Assembly (NCBI GenBank): GCA_965223425.1
Contig: OZ245003.1
Coordinates: forward strand, 2,048,001 to 2,112,000
From: Nitrosopumilus sp.
GTDB taxonomy: Archaea; Thermoproteota; Nitrososphaeria; Nitrososphaerales; Nitrosopumilaceae
Direction: 5' to 3'
Length of the DNA: 64,000 nt
This document shows positions 50,534-61,100 of the stretch, piece after piece (within the stretch, counting starts at the first letter, position 1; every line of letters starts with the position of its first letter). A program made the position numbers and the translations under genes. Under the pieces are notes generated by a model. It was not told the origin of the DNA and ran no database searches. It worked only from the letters and a program-made list of their open reading frames with translations.

Positions 50534-50632
50534 AGACCTTATGCATAATCGATCAAACTAATATTGCGAGATGATTTTTGCCTTAGTAAACCAATTTGAT
50601 TTTGAATTTTTAGTCGATTACGCATAAGGTCT
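50534..50632. mobile_element. 99-bp MITE related to the ISL2-like element
   Basis: IR AGACCTTATGCATAATCGA/TCGATTACGCATAAGGTCT (18/19). Confidence 0.8.
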
Positions 50633-50765
50633 AATACGAAAAATATGCTCCTCGCATGACAAGGACGCATGTGAACCGCGGTGCCGGAATGCTGTTTTCA
50701 AGAATAGACAGGCCAGAAGACTGAAAGACTCTTAAAATCAAACATGGTACAAGAGGTTAGTTCAA

Positions 50766-51479
50766 TTGAAGATTAAGACAATCACAAACAAGCTGGACAA
50801 CTATCAAATCAAACTATCTACTAGTAATACAAAAAATCTTAACTTTATACTTGATGATTCTGGTGCAGGCTCTACATTGTTTGACAAACTCCATTCGTAT
50901 TTTTCCACAGGTCGCAACGATGTCTTGGATCTGGATCTGATTGAGAGAAAAAGATATGACATCAACCTTATGTTTGTAGAAGAATATCTGGATTACCATG
51001 ATCTTTTGGACTATTTTGTCACGATGGGATTTACAGATGAATTTTTGGAAATTTCTGAGAGTGCCAACCAGATATACACTAAAATGCTCTCCGAACACAA
51101 GACCGCAGGATGCGGCGGCTTTCTAAAACTGGAGAACAGCCAGATTATGGTTCCCAGATACCTCTCGGCACCAGAGGCAACACTGGCCTACTATGCACTG
51201 CTAATTGCAATAAGGAAAAGGTACAGAGTTGATCTGCCGTTGATAATTAACAGGTTTGGGCGCTGGGGTCTAAAGTATTGTCCGCTTGTAGTACGCACTC
51301 TTGCAGAGATTTCTCCCCAAACATTGATTTTTACAAGCGAGGGAAATTTTGGCGTATCCATGCATAACTATCGTACAGACAAAAAAATACCCTCGATACA
51401 TCAGACTATCAAAAATAAAACACTGGGTATGGCATATAGGTTGGACAAAGATGGAGTCTCAGAATACGTTCCGTTCTAG
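50766..51479 (+). CDS. hypothetical; resembles a degenerate C-terminal half of a Rad50/DndD-type ABC ATPase
   Basis: LSAPE (signature-like), LPLIINRFGRW (Walker B/D-loop-like), QTLIFTS. Confidence 0.4.
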   Translation: MKIKTITNKLDNYQIKLSTSNTKNLNFILDDSGAGSTLFDKLHSYFSTGRNDVLDLDLIERKRYDINLMFVEEYLDYHDLLDYFVTMGFTDEFLEISESANQIYTKMLSEHKTAGCGGFLKLENSQIMVPRYLSAPEATLAYYALLIAIRKRYRVDLPLIINRFGRWGLKYCPLVVRTLAEISPQTLIFTSEGNFGVSMHNYRTDKKIPSIHQTIKNKTLGMAYRLDKDGVSEYVPF

Positions 51480-51780
51480 GTCTCCGATATATCTTGATCA
51501 TCATGCAACAACTCCACGAGATCCACGTGCATTAGATGCAGTGATGCCGTCCTTACAGAAAAATTCGGTAATGCGTCAGGCATGGATCATCCTTTTGGAT
51601 ATGACGCATCAGGGGCAGTGGAATCTGCACGAGAAAAGATTACATGTGCAATCAATGCAAGACATGGTGGGATTGTTTTTACGTCAAGTGCCACAGAGTC
51701 AGACAGCATTGCGCTGATTGGGACGATGGAAAATGCAGGTATTGCGGGAATCATCCAACCACATGTGCCACAGAATAGTC
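51480..51780 (+). pseudogene. cysteine desulfurase (IscS/DndA) N-terminal remnant
   Basis: PIYLDHHATTP.DPR; FGNAS..H..G; IVFTSSATES across frameshifts. Confidence 0.75.
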
Positions 51781-51991
51781 AGCTCCTTGTTAAATCGGCC
51801 TATAGCCATTTTGAGCATGTTTTTTGGCCAAGGGATAGATCGCGCCGTACCGGAGAACCCATGAAAAGAAAAACCAACCCGGACAGGGGATCCAAGTTTC
51901 TGCCCGGCACAAGCATGCCCAGTGAAATTGAAAAATTATCAGGTTTGGCGATTTTAGTTGGAAAAAAATAGGGGAATAGCCCCAAGGGCTA

Positions 51992-52825
51992 TTAATTGTC
52001 ATCGACAGGTTTCTGGTCAGATTCGAACTCTTCTTCTAGAATCAGATATTGCTCTTCTAAAGGTGCCAACAGCCGTTCAAGTTCCATCTCTTGTTCTTCT
52101 GTTAATACCGGTTCTGCAATACCGAATTCTTGGAGAATTTTACTGTATTTTGAATCAAGTTCCTCCAGCTCTGCTTCTAGCTTCTGTTTCAGTTGGCCTG
52201 AAGGATCATTGAGAGTCATTTCTGCAGATATTTTTTCATACTGCTCATCAAGTGGAACAAGTCTTTGTGCAAGTTCGGCTTCTTGTTGCTCAGTTAGTTC
52301 CGGAGACGAGAATCCAAATTGCTCTAGAATTGCATGGTATTGCATGTCTAGTTCTTCAAATTTTGCTTCTAGTTCCGGCGGAATCCCATAGTGCTCAAAC
52401 CCGTCTGCTATCTCCCGGTATTGCTCATCTAATGAAGCAAGTTTGGCATCTAGCTGTCTTTCTTGCTCTCCGGTAAGCTCCGGCGTTACAAAGCCATACT
52501 TTTCAAAAATGGCGTCGTATTGAGCATCGAGTTTCTCATATTCTTGGTCCAGCTCCCAATACTTTTCATCTAATGAAGCAAGTTCTGCATCTAGCTGTCT
52601 TTCTTGCTCTCCGGTAAGCTCCGGCGTTACAAAGCCATACTTTTCAAGAATGGCGTCGTATTGAGCATCGAGTTTCTCATACAGTTTGTAAGTGCCAGGT
52701 TCTTCTGTTTCCTGTGCCTGTACTAGCTGTCCTGTTGCTACTGCAACTGCTACAAAAGCAAGCATTACGGCAAGGACAGGAAAGACAAATCGTTTGTTTT
52801 TGGAATATGTTGTGGTCATTTCCAA
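51992..52825 (-). CDS. secreted acidic helical repeat protein
   Basis: Signal peptide ending VQA; repeats KLDAQYDAILEKYGFVTPELTGEQERQLDAELASLDEQY; about 116-bp DNA duplication with 141-bp period. Confidence 0.8.
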   Translation of the reverse strand: MEMTTTYSKNKRFVFPVLAVMLAFVAVAVATGQLVQAQETEEPGTYKLYEKLDAQYDAILEKYGFVTPELTGEQERQLDAELASLDEKYWELDQEYEKLDAQYDAIFEKYGFVTPELTGEQERQLDAKLASLDEQYREIADGFEHYGIPPELEAKFEELDMQYHAILEQFGFSSPELTEQQEAELAQRLVPLDEQYEKISAEMTLNDPSGQLKQKLEAELEELDSKYSKILQEFGIAEPVLTEEQEMELERLLAPLEEQYLILEEEFESDQKPVDDN

Positions 52826-52872
52826 AGTCTCTTAGATTAGGTTTTATATGGCCTTGCCAATCCTGTTGCGGT

Positions 52873-53730
52873 ATGGCAATTGTTGATCAGGGTACGCATT
52901 ACGGAAATTTGCTGTCTTACAAATTTTACGTGCTTCCTACTGCAAAGAAGCTTTATGGCACTCTGAAACCAAAAACAAGGCACCACCAAAATATACAACA
53001 GCTGTTACAGGTGCTAGCGTTGCTTGGAACCTCCACTACTTGGGAGATGACAAAGAAAAGATTTCCTAACGATAACTCCAAGGTGCGCGAAAAAGAGAAA
53101 GAGTATCGCAGGCTGCTAGTCGGCAGGACAGACAGAGGAAGGCACTCTTCTGGCATTTTGGAGTTTGGGTTGGTTGTAAAAGACGGCAAAGTTCTGAGAT
53201 ATCCAGTATCTGACAGGTACAGACTATCACTTCACGGGGTGCTGTATTGTCTCAACATTTTTGATCTAAACAAAAAAGACGTTGACATTATTGCAGAAAA
53301 CTATGCCAGTGTGCTGCCCAAAGTTTTTGGCAAATGGAAATTTCTCAAATCAGTGATCGGGGACGACGTTTACAAGATTGGAATTCTGGCCAAAGGACTG
53401 CTTCTTGATAATCCAACGATTGTAAATAATGCAAGTAATCCACTTTACGAGCTGATGTCATATATTCACGTAAAATATCGCAGATATTTTGAGTCTATTT
53501 CAGAAAAGGATCTTGCAGATCAGATATCACTGTGGTTTTACACATACTTTCTTTATTATTCCCCAACGAGCACGAGGGCAAAAAAAGTCCCGCCGGGAAT
53601 TAAAGAATTGCAAGAGGTTTTGAATCGTGATTTTGAACTCAAAGAATGGTACATGAAATTTGTAGAAGAGGCAGGCAAATATTACAGAGACAGGGCAAGC
53701 ACAATCAAAAATTTCGGATTAATGCGATGA
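52873..53730 (+). CDS. thaumarchaeal hypothetical, probable winged-helix transcription regulator
   Basis: LQVLALLG..TTWEM..EYRRLL..GLV...YRLSLHG; start taken at ATG 52873. Confidence 0.6.
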   Translation: MAIVDQGTHYGNLLSYKFYVLPTAKKLYGTLKPKTRHHQNIQQLLQVLALLGTSTTWEMTKKRFPNDNSKVREKEKEYRRLLVGRTDRGRHSSGILEFGLVVKDGKVLRYPVSDRYRLSLHGVLYCLNIFDLNKKDVDIIAENYASVLPKVFGKWKFLKSVIGDDVYKIGILAKGLLLDNPTIVNNASNPLYELMSYIHVKYRRYFESISEKDLADQISLWFYTYFLYYSPTSTRAKKVPPGIKELQEVLNRDFELKEWYMKFVEEAGKYYRDRASTIKNFGLMR

Positions 53731-54144
53731 CTATCTGGCATGCCTTTTTATCATCTTTTCAAGACTCTTAAATTCAAGAGGCTTGTTCAGTAAACCTCTT
53801 AGCGATGTCTCTTTTGCATCACTGTACTTTTTGTCGTTTAACGCGTAACTGGACGTAAATACCACCCTTGCGTCTGGATCAAACTTGACTATTCTTGAAA
53901 AGGCCTCATAGCCGTCAATCTCAGGCATCTTTATGTCCATAAACATGATATCAGGCATGATTTCTCGATATCTTTCTACTGCCATTATCCCATCAGATGC
54001 AGTTTCCACATCAAAGCCCTTGTCAAGAAGCATTAGCTGGGTGGCCTCCAAAAAATCCACATCGTCGTCTGCAAAGAGAATCTTCTTGCCAGAATACACT
54101 AACTGCATCTCGCATCTTTTTTTGAGATAAATGTATCGTTGCAT
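53731..54144 (-). CDS. single-domain response regulator
   Basis: ADDD, MDIKMP, FTS, NKP. Confidence 0.92.
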   Translation of the reverse strand: MQRYIYLKKRCEMQLVYSGKKILFADDDVDFLEATQLMLLDKGFDVETASDGIMAVERYREIMPDIMFMDIKMPEIDGYEAFSRIVKFDPDARVVFTSSYALNDKKYSDAKETSLRGLLNKPLEFKSLEKMIKRHAR

Positions 54145-54146
54145 GT

Positions 54147-56177
54147 TTAGCCGTGCTGTCTTTTTGGGATACGTACCGTAAACGTTGCAGGATCTTGTCC
54201 CACAGTTATTTTTCCACGGTGCTGTTCTATGATGTTTTTGCAGCTAGACAATCCAAGGCCTGTTCCCTTTAGATGTGTAGTAAACAATGGCTCGAACAAT
54301 TTTGGCATCACATCATCTGGTATGCTTGGACCGTTGTTTTCAAAGATTATACGGATGTCTTGCTCTGCTTCTGCGATTCTGATGCTTACTGTTCCGTCTT
54401 TGCTGTTTCCGATTGCCTGAATTGCATTTAGCATCAGGTTTACAAAGGTAATCTCTAGTTTTTCCTGATCGCATTCTACTGTTATGTCATTTTTTGGAAG
54501 AATAACCTTGATGTTTCTTGGCACATCCACTGAGCCTCTGGCATAGTTTAGCATCTCTAGAATTGAGAACTCGTCAGTAATGAGAGGAGTTGTACGGACA
54601 TAGTTTAGCACTCCCTCCACTTGATGAGACATTCTTTTTACAGAGCGATTAATTCTTTTTATTTCGTCTGAAATTGCTTTATTTTGGCCTTTATTCTGAT
54701 CATGTATTCTTTCAGCCGAGCTTCTAATTGCGCCCAATGGATTTCTCATATCATGTGCGATGTTGGAGGACAAGTGTCCTATTGTGGACATTTGTTTGCT
54801 TTCGCTGATCTTTTGAGACTGCCTGTAGAATATTCTAGAGAACAGCACTCCAAGAATCGCAGCTGCGCCAGTCATTGCTATTGTGAGAAACAATAGCGAA
54901 TCTCTTTGAGAGTTGACGTCTTGCAAAATTTCGTCCATTTCAGTATGAACTGCCAAGATCCAGTCAGAGCCTGCAAAATCATGGTAGCCCCTCTGCCTGG
55001 AATATGAATACAGTATCTCATTTTCTTGATCCGAGTCTACTATTGAGAATCCCTTTTCCCCAAATGTAAAATCTAGATCATATTTTTCGTAGATCTCTTC
55101 ATATTTTGACTCGATCTCAGCTATCTTCTCGTCAAATTCTAGCTGTTTTCCCCCTGATAGTGTCGGCACTACAAACCCATACTCTTGCAAAATCTCATCA
55201 TACTGCAAGTCCAGTCCTAGCATCTGTTCTTCCAGCTGCCTTTCTTGGTTTTCAGCAGTCTCTCCAAATTCGTATTCTTTTAAGATATCTTCATATTGTC
55301 GGTCAAGTGGAAGGAATCTTTCTTCAATCTCTTCCAATTGCTTCTCTGATAGTTCCGGTTCTATGTATCCATATTCGCGTATTGTTGCATCATACTGTTC
55401 ATCTAGTTTCTCCAGTTCTTCCTCAATGTCATGATGAACCCCCCCGAACCCAAACATAAAATCCGAAATGGCATGATCTTCTTGCCCATCTGTTGTAGAA
55501 TAAAGCAAGAATCCCCCATTATCAAAAAGATCAAACTCAGATGAGGCAAATTGTGACTGTTCCTTTGACTCTTCTATCAGCATAATTATCTCTTGGAAGC
55601 TGACTAGAGCATGAAGGGAGCCAATTGCCTGTCCTTTTGTATCTGTGACTAAAATTCCAAGATGATAATTGTCTTCATCAAGCATTGGATCATAGTAAAC
55701 GTCACTCAGAGACATTTCAGACTCTTTGATTTCTTCTATTGGCATCTCTCTGAAAAAACTGGCAACATTATTGTTACCAGACGAGGCAATCGTCTTGCCA
55801 TCAAGATTTAGCAATGTTATGTTTTCATAAGTCCCATAGTCAGATTCTTTATTGTCAATGGAAATCTTTTCGCTTAGTCTGTTTGAAATTATTTTGTTTT
55901 CGGAAGGTTGCTCAGTCCTGTTTGCTAAAATCAGGGCATTTTGAATCACAGGTTCTTTTCCAATCTTGTTCAAGTCAGAGATTTTATTTGCAATTGAGAT
56001 ATCTATCTTGTTTAGTGCATTAAATGCAACAGTAGTGGATTGCCGTCCTACCAACTGGTTGATGGTGTCTTTTGAAATATTTGCCGAAACGTATCCTATA
56101 ATTCCCGTAAACGATGCCATGACAATAAACGAAATCAGCAAGGAAACGATCAGTTTTTTATTTTCTTTGATTTGCAT
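54147..56177 (-). CDS. membrane sensor histidine kinase (Cache-like sensor with acidic repeat insertion)
   Basis: Two TM helices; AHDMRNPL H-box, NLMLNAIQA, NNGP, FEPLFTT, GTGLGL. Confidence 0.92.
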   Translation of the reverse strand: MQIKENKKLIVSLLISFIVMASFTGIIGYVSANISKDTINQLVGRQSTTVAFNALNKIDISIANKISDLNKIGKEPVIQNALILANRTEQPSENKIISNRLSEKISIDNKESDYGTYENITLLNLDGKTIASSGNNNVASFFREMPIEEIKESEMSLSDVYYDPMLDEDNYHLGILVTDTKGQAIGSLHALVSFQEIIMLIEESKEQSQFASSEFDLFDNGGFLLYSTTDGQEDHAISDFMFGFGGVHHDIEEELEKLDEQYDATIREYGYIEPELSEKQLEEIEERFLPLDRQYEDILKEYEFGETAENQERQLEEQMLGLDLQYDEILQEYGFVVPTLSGGKQLEFDEKIAEIESKYEEIYEKYDLDFTFGEKGFSIVDSDQENEILYSYSRQRGYHDFAGSDWILAVHTEMDEILQDVNSQRDSLLFLTIAMTGAAAILGVLFSRIFYRQSQKISESKQMSTIGHLSSNIAHDMRNPLGAIRSSAERIHDQNKGQNKAISDEIKRINRSVKRMSHQVEGVLNYVRTTPLITDEFSILEMLNYARGSVDVPRNIKVILPKNDITVECDQEKLEITFVNLMLNAIQAIGNSKDGTVSIRIAEAEQDIRIIFENNGPSIPDDVMPKLFEPLFTTHLKGTGLGLSSCKNIIEQHRGKITVGQDPATFTVRIPKRQHG

Positions 56178-56507
56178 CTCTAATCAACATCGACAGTCTT
56201 GGGTTATGCCTCAACGAAAAATGGCAGTTTTGCAAATTCGTTCAACTAAATTTATCTTTGAGAGTAATATATCAATTAATGATTCCTCTTGCGGTATGGC
56301 AGTTTTTTATTTACAAAACACAAGGGATGCACAGAGGGCTGGACTGATGTGCGTGCTGCTACCAGTTGGCAGTGTATTTCAACTGCATGACTGACAGCGA
56401 CATCCAAGAAGCGCCAAGATAATGGTTTGCAGTTAGAGATATTTTTTGGAAGGAATTATGCCCAATCCTCAGATATCTACAAATATTACCTTTTTTTTTG
56501 GTAGTAT

Positions 56508-56987
56508 ATGGGCGCGCTCAAGAAGGTTGGAATCATACTAGCTGTGATTGTGGCAGTGATAATATCAATTGCAGCTACTGCGTTTTACCTGGCAGTAGAG
56601 GAGGTTAAGAACGTCATGGATCACGTTCCTGCCAATGACGAGCTAGAGCGCACCAGCCTGAAAAGCGTGCCTCACATGGAGCTGCTCGAAAACGTCGACT
56701 TGTACCTTGGGGAGACAGTCCGGTACCAAGGAACCGTCATGCAGTCAACTAGCATCGATGATGACACGTACGCGGTACTTGTGGAGGTCGACGGAGGACT
56801 AGTAGAGCTGATTGTTCAGGGCCAACCGCTGGATAAATACAGTCATGTTGACTTTTTTGGCAGAATCATCGGGAGCAACCAAAGATCCTCATCAATCGAT
56901 CCTGCAGTAGACACACTCAACCTTGACTTGCTGAGCATGATCCGGTACGCAGCACCATTGGAGATGCAGACAGTCCCAGATACATGA
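56508..56987 (+). CDS. membrane-anchored, probable OB-fold protein
   Basis: N-terminal TM; YLGETVRYQGTV..VDFFGRIIG. Confidence 0.6.
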   Translation: MGALKKVGIILAVIVAVIISIAATAFYLAVEEVKNVMDHVPANDELERTSLKSVPHMELLENVDLYLGETVRYQGTVMQSTSIDDDTYAVLVEVDGGLVELIVQGQPLDKYSHVDFFGRIIGSNQRSSSIDPAVDTLNLDLLSMIRYAAPLEMQTVPDT

Positions 56988-57157
56988 TGCAACCATACAA
57001 CAAGCCTCTGTCAGCAGACGACAAGATTTAGTCGTAACTGATAACATCTAAGAGTGTCGATATGCCGCTAACTGCAAAGTAAGTTAAGGCATATGATATA
57101 GGTTTCATACTGTGTAGATCTTGAGTCCTATTTTTTACATTTTGGTATTCTGAAGAG

Positions 57158-57910
57158 TATCCGTGTGCCGTCTTTATAAGAATTCCCAACATTTTTCATC
57201 CTGACAGGTACGGCACAAGCTAGAATTATTTCCAGACCGCAAAGGCCCAAGACAGCAAAGAAGTGAACAGTTATCCATCCGAGGCTATCGCCGGGGCAAT
57301 CCCTCCTCAGCATCATTCTCCATTCTTTTATCAGGTATAATGCAATTACAAGGCAAGGCATACAGCTAGGTCTGTCCCTCAATGACTTCATCGCAATTGA
57401 CATCCTGACTGTAACTTGTAACAAACGCTCTTCTTTCCTTGAGCATCCAATAAATGACTCGCGGCAGTTTTGAGGCAGCAGCTACTGCTACACGTCCCTT
57501 GCCCCTCTTCTTTGCAAGCCTCTTGTAGAATACCGAAATGTCAGACTTGGTGCATACCTGACATGTGACAAAATGCACTCTGTCAGAACCCACCTGCATA
57601 TGTCGCTTCCATGTGCGTTATGTGTCCATAATGTAGACTCGCCGGAGGATCTCACAGACGGGACAACGCCGACATAAGAGCATAGTTTGTGTGAGTTGAC
57701 GAATCTTTCTATGCCGTTATGGTGCATGCAAGACCAGTGCAGAGTATGCCCCGACGCCCGGAATGGTCTGCAGTAGTGCTGCATCCTTGTTCTCTTTTGC
57801 TGCCTGACGTACTCTTGCATCTGACTGGAATCTTGTCGTTTATGCTGTTTATCGTGTCCAGGTACTAGTCTATCCTATAGTCGCTTATCTTTCGAACCTG
57901 TGCAATCCAT
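57158..57910 (-). pseudogene. degraded IS1111-like IS110 element with retained end and non-coding region
   Basis: KLCSYVGVVPSVRSSG, KRGKGRVAVAAASKL fragments; end TATCCGTGTG..TCTTTATAA is homologous to 19365. Confidence 0.8.
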
Positions 57911-58124
57911 GCTGTGTGTTTGTTTGCATTTCTGATCCTTTTAGCAGTGGATCTTTTTGAACCAGAACTGTTCTTATCATCATCTAATTTCCTTGATCGG
58001 CACATAAGATTACTTCTGGAAAGACTGATCATGCAAAAAAGTGGAAATATGAAGAAATTTTATGATGTCCGTTTGCCGGCTTGGACATTTCAATCCATAC
58101 GGCAGGTTTCAGGTAGTGAAGAAT

Positions 58125-61100
58125 CTATCTGTCTCCGTGCACGTTCCCGTATCTTGCATCCCGCAGCTGCTCCATGAGCCTCGTGTGCTCTGCCATATTC
58201 CTGTCAAACGCGTCGCACAGCCTGTTCTCCACGTCGGTACACGCAGTACTTACTATAAATTCGGGGCCGTCCACGTAATACCACGTACCAAATCCGTTCT
58301 TGGTCCAGGTGTACCCGAACTGGTCGATCCACATGTCGTTTATCTTGTCGGTCCTTACAAGCTCGTAGGGTTCTACATCAGACTGGGATGCGAACTTTGT
58401 TATCAGTGTTACAGTCGGTGCCGGGTTCATCGAGTCACCGGCTATTGTTATGCCATCGTTCATGTAGTGGTTTGTGACGCGTCTCTTCGTGTCTACGGCC
58501 TGTATGACAAACGGCTCGTTGTGCATCTGCTCCCGGAATAGTACGCCTGCTATGTCAAGCTGGACACATCTCTCCAGTGTGGAATCAGGCATGCATTTTA
58601 CGGCAGAGACTGCAAACGTCGCGTTCTGGCCTATGACCATGTCTTCGTTCTGGTACGACACGGAATCTATGACATATGTTGATGTGGTGTTATAGTCCCT
58701 TGTCAGATACACCCTGATCAACGCCTCGGCATCATTAAGAGGACTGCCTACGTCAGGCACGCCAAAGCCGATTGAGAAGAACTTCATTCCCTTTGGTGCA
58801 AACGTCTTTAATGTAAAGTTGTGTACAAAGCCAGTTTGTAGCTCTTGTAGTGGATTATCTACAACGTACGATAATACGTCCTTGCATATTCCATCCATAG
58901 AGTAGCCACATGAGACTATCTGTGCATAAGTATTCCAAGACTTGCCAAAAGTTGGGCGAGTTTTGTGCTCATCAGAATTGCCAGATTTGCCTCTAGGAAC
59001 ATCTGACACTGGAACACCATCATCCGAAGGATCTTCTAGATTCTCATTTGGGTTCTCAGGTAAGTTTGGGTCAGATGGATTCTCATTTGGGTTCTCAGGT
59101 AAGTTTGGGTCAGGTGGATTCTCATTTGGGTTCTCAGGTAAGTTTGGGTCAGGTGGATTCTCATTTGGGTTCTCAGGTAAGTTTGGGTCAGGTGGATTCT
59201 CATTTGGGTTCTCAGGTAAGTTTGGGTCAGGTGGATTGTCGACTACGTGGTAGGTTCTGCTCTTTTGCATGGCAGGGTTTGTGCCGTCAGTGGAGTTGTA
59301 GCCGATGACGTAATCGCCCACGACATTAGTGTCGACCGTGCCAGTGGTGGTGACTGCAGAACCGTCGTCAGTTGTGACGCCATCAAGGAGGTCAGGCGAG
59401 TCAGCACCAAGCTCCAGCGTTATCTCGTCTGGAATCACGGTGATCACGGGGGCTGTGGTGTCGACTACGTGGTAGGTTCTGCTCTTTTGCATGGCAGGGT
59501 TTGTGCCGTCAGTGGAGTTGTAGCCGATGACGTAATCGCCCACGACATTAGTGTCGACCGTGCCAGTGGTGGTGACTGCAGAATTATCGTCAGTTGTGAC
59601 GCCATCAAGGAGGTCAGGCGAGTCAGCACCAAGCTCCAGCGTTATCTCGTCTGGAATCACGGTGATCACGGGGGCTGTGGTGTCGACTACGTGGTAGGTT
59701 CTGCTCTTTTGCATGGCAGGGTTTGTGCCGTCAGTGGAGTTGTAGCCGATGACGTAATCGCCCACGACATTAGTGTCGACCGTGCCAGTGGTGGTGACTG
59801 CAGAATTATCGTCAGTTGTGACGCCATCAAGGAGGTCAGGCGAGTCAGCACCAAGCTCCAGCGTTATCTCGTCTGGAATCACGGTGATCACGGGGGCTGT
59901 GGTGTCGACTACGTGGTAGGTTCTGCTCTTTTGCATGGCAGGGTTTGTGCCGTCAGTGGAGTTGTAGCCGATGACGTAATCGCCCACGACATTAGTGTCG
60001 ACCGTGCCAGTGGTGGTGACTGCAGAATTATCGCTAGTTGTGACGCCATCAAGGAGGTCAGGCGAGTCAGCACCAAGCTCCAGCGTTATCTCGTCTGGAA
60101 TCACGGTGATCACGGGGGCTGTGGTGTCGACTACGTGGTAGGTTCTGCTCTTTTGCATGGCAGGGTTTGTGCCGTCAGTGGAGTTGTAGCCGATGACGTA
60201 ATCGCCCACGACATTAGTGTCGACCGTGCCAGTGGTGGTGACTGCAGAATTATCGCTAGTTGTGACGCCATCAAGGAGGTCAGGCGAGTCAGCACCAAGC
60301 TCCAGCGTTATCTCGTCTGGAATCACGGTGATCACGGGGGCTGTGGTGTCGACTACGTGGTAGGTTCTGCTCTTTTGCATGGCAGGGTTTGTGCCGTCAG
60401 TGGAGTTGTAGCCGATGACGTAATCGCCCACGACATTAGTGTCGACCGTGCCAGTGGTGGTGACTGCAGAACCGTCGTCAGTTGTGACGCCATCAAGGAG
60501 GTCAGGCGAGTCAGCACCAAGCTCCAGCGTTATCTCGTCTGGAATCACGGTGATCACGGGGGCTGTGGTGTCGACTACGTGGTAGGTTCTGCTCTTTTGC
60601 ATGGCAGGGTTTGTGCCGTCAGTGGAGTCGTAACGTATGATATATTCACCTACGGTGCCGGTGTCGACCGTGCCAGTGGTGGTGACTGCAGAACCGTCGT
60701 CAGTTGTGACGCCATCAAGGAGGTCAGGCGAGTCAGCACCAAGCTCCAGCGTTATCTCGTCTGGAATCACGGTGATCACGGGGGCTGTGGTGTCGACTAC
60801 GTGGTAGGTTCTGCTCTTTTGCATGGCAGGGTTTGTGCCGTCAGTGGAGTCGTAACGTATGATATATTCACCTACGGTGCCGGTGTCGACCGTGCCAGTG
60901 GTGGTGACTGCAGAATTATCGTCAGTTGTGACGCCATCAAGGAGGTCAGGCGAGTCAGCACCAAGCTCCAGCGTTATCTCGTCTGGAATCACGGTGATCA
61001 CGGGGGCTGTGGTGTCGACTACGTGGTAGGTTCTGCTCTTTTGCATGGCAGGGTTTGTGCCGTCAGTGGAGTCGTAACGTATGATATATTCACCTACGGT

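Noticed and set aside
52424-52681. DGR template/variable repeat pair
   Set aside because: In-frame intragenic duplication; no reverse transcriptase in the window
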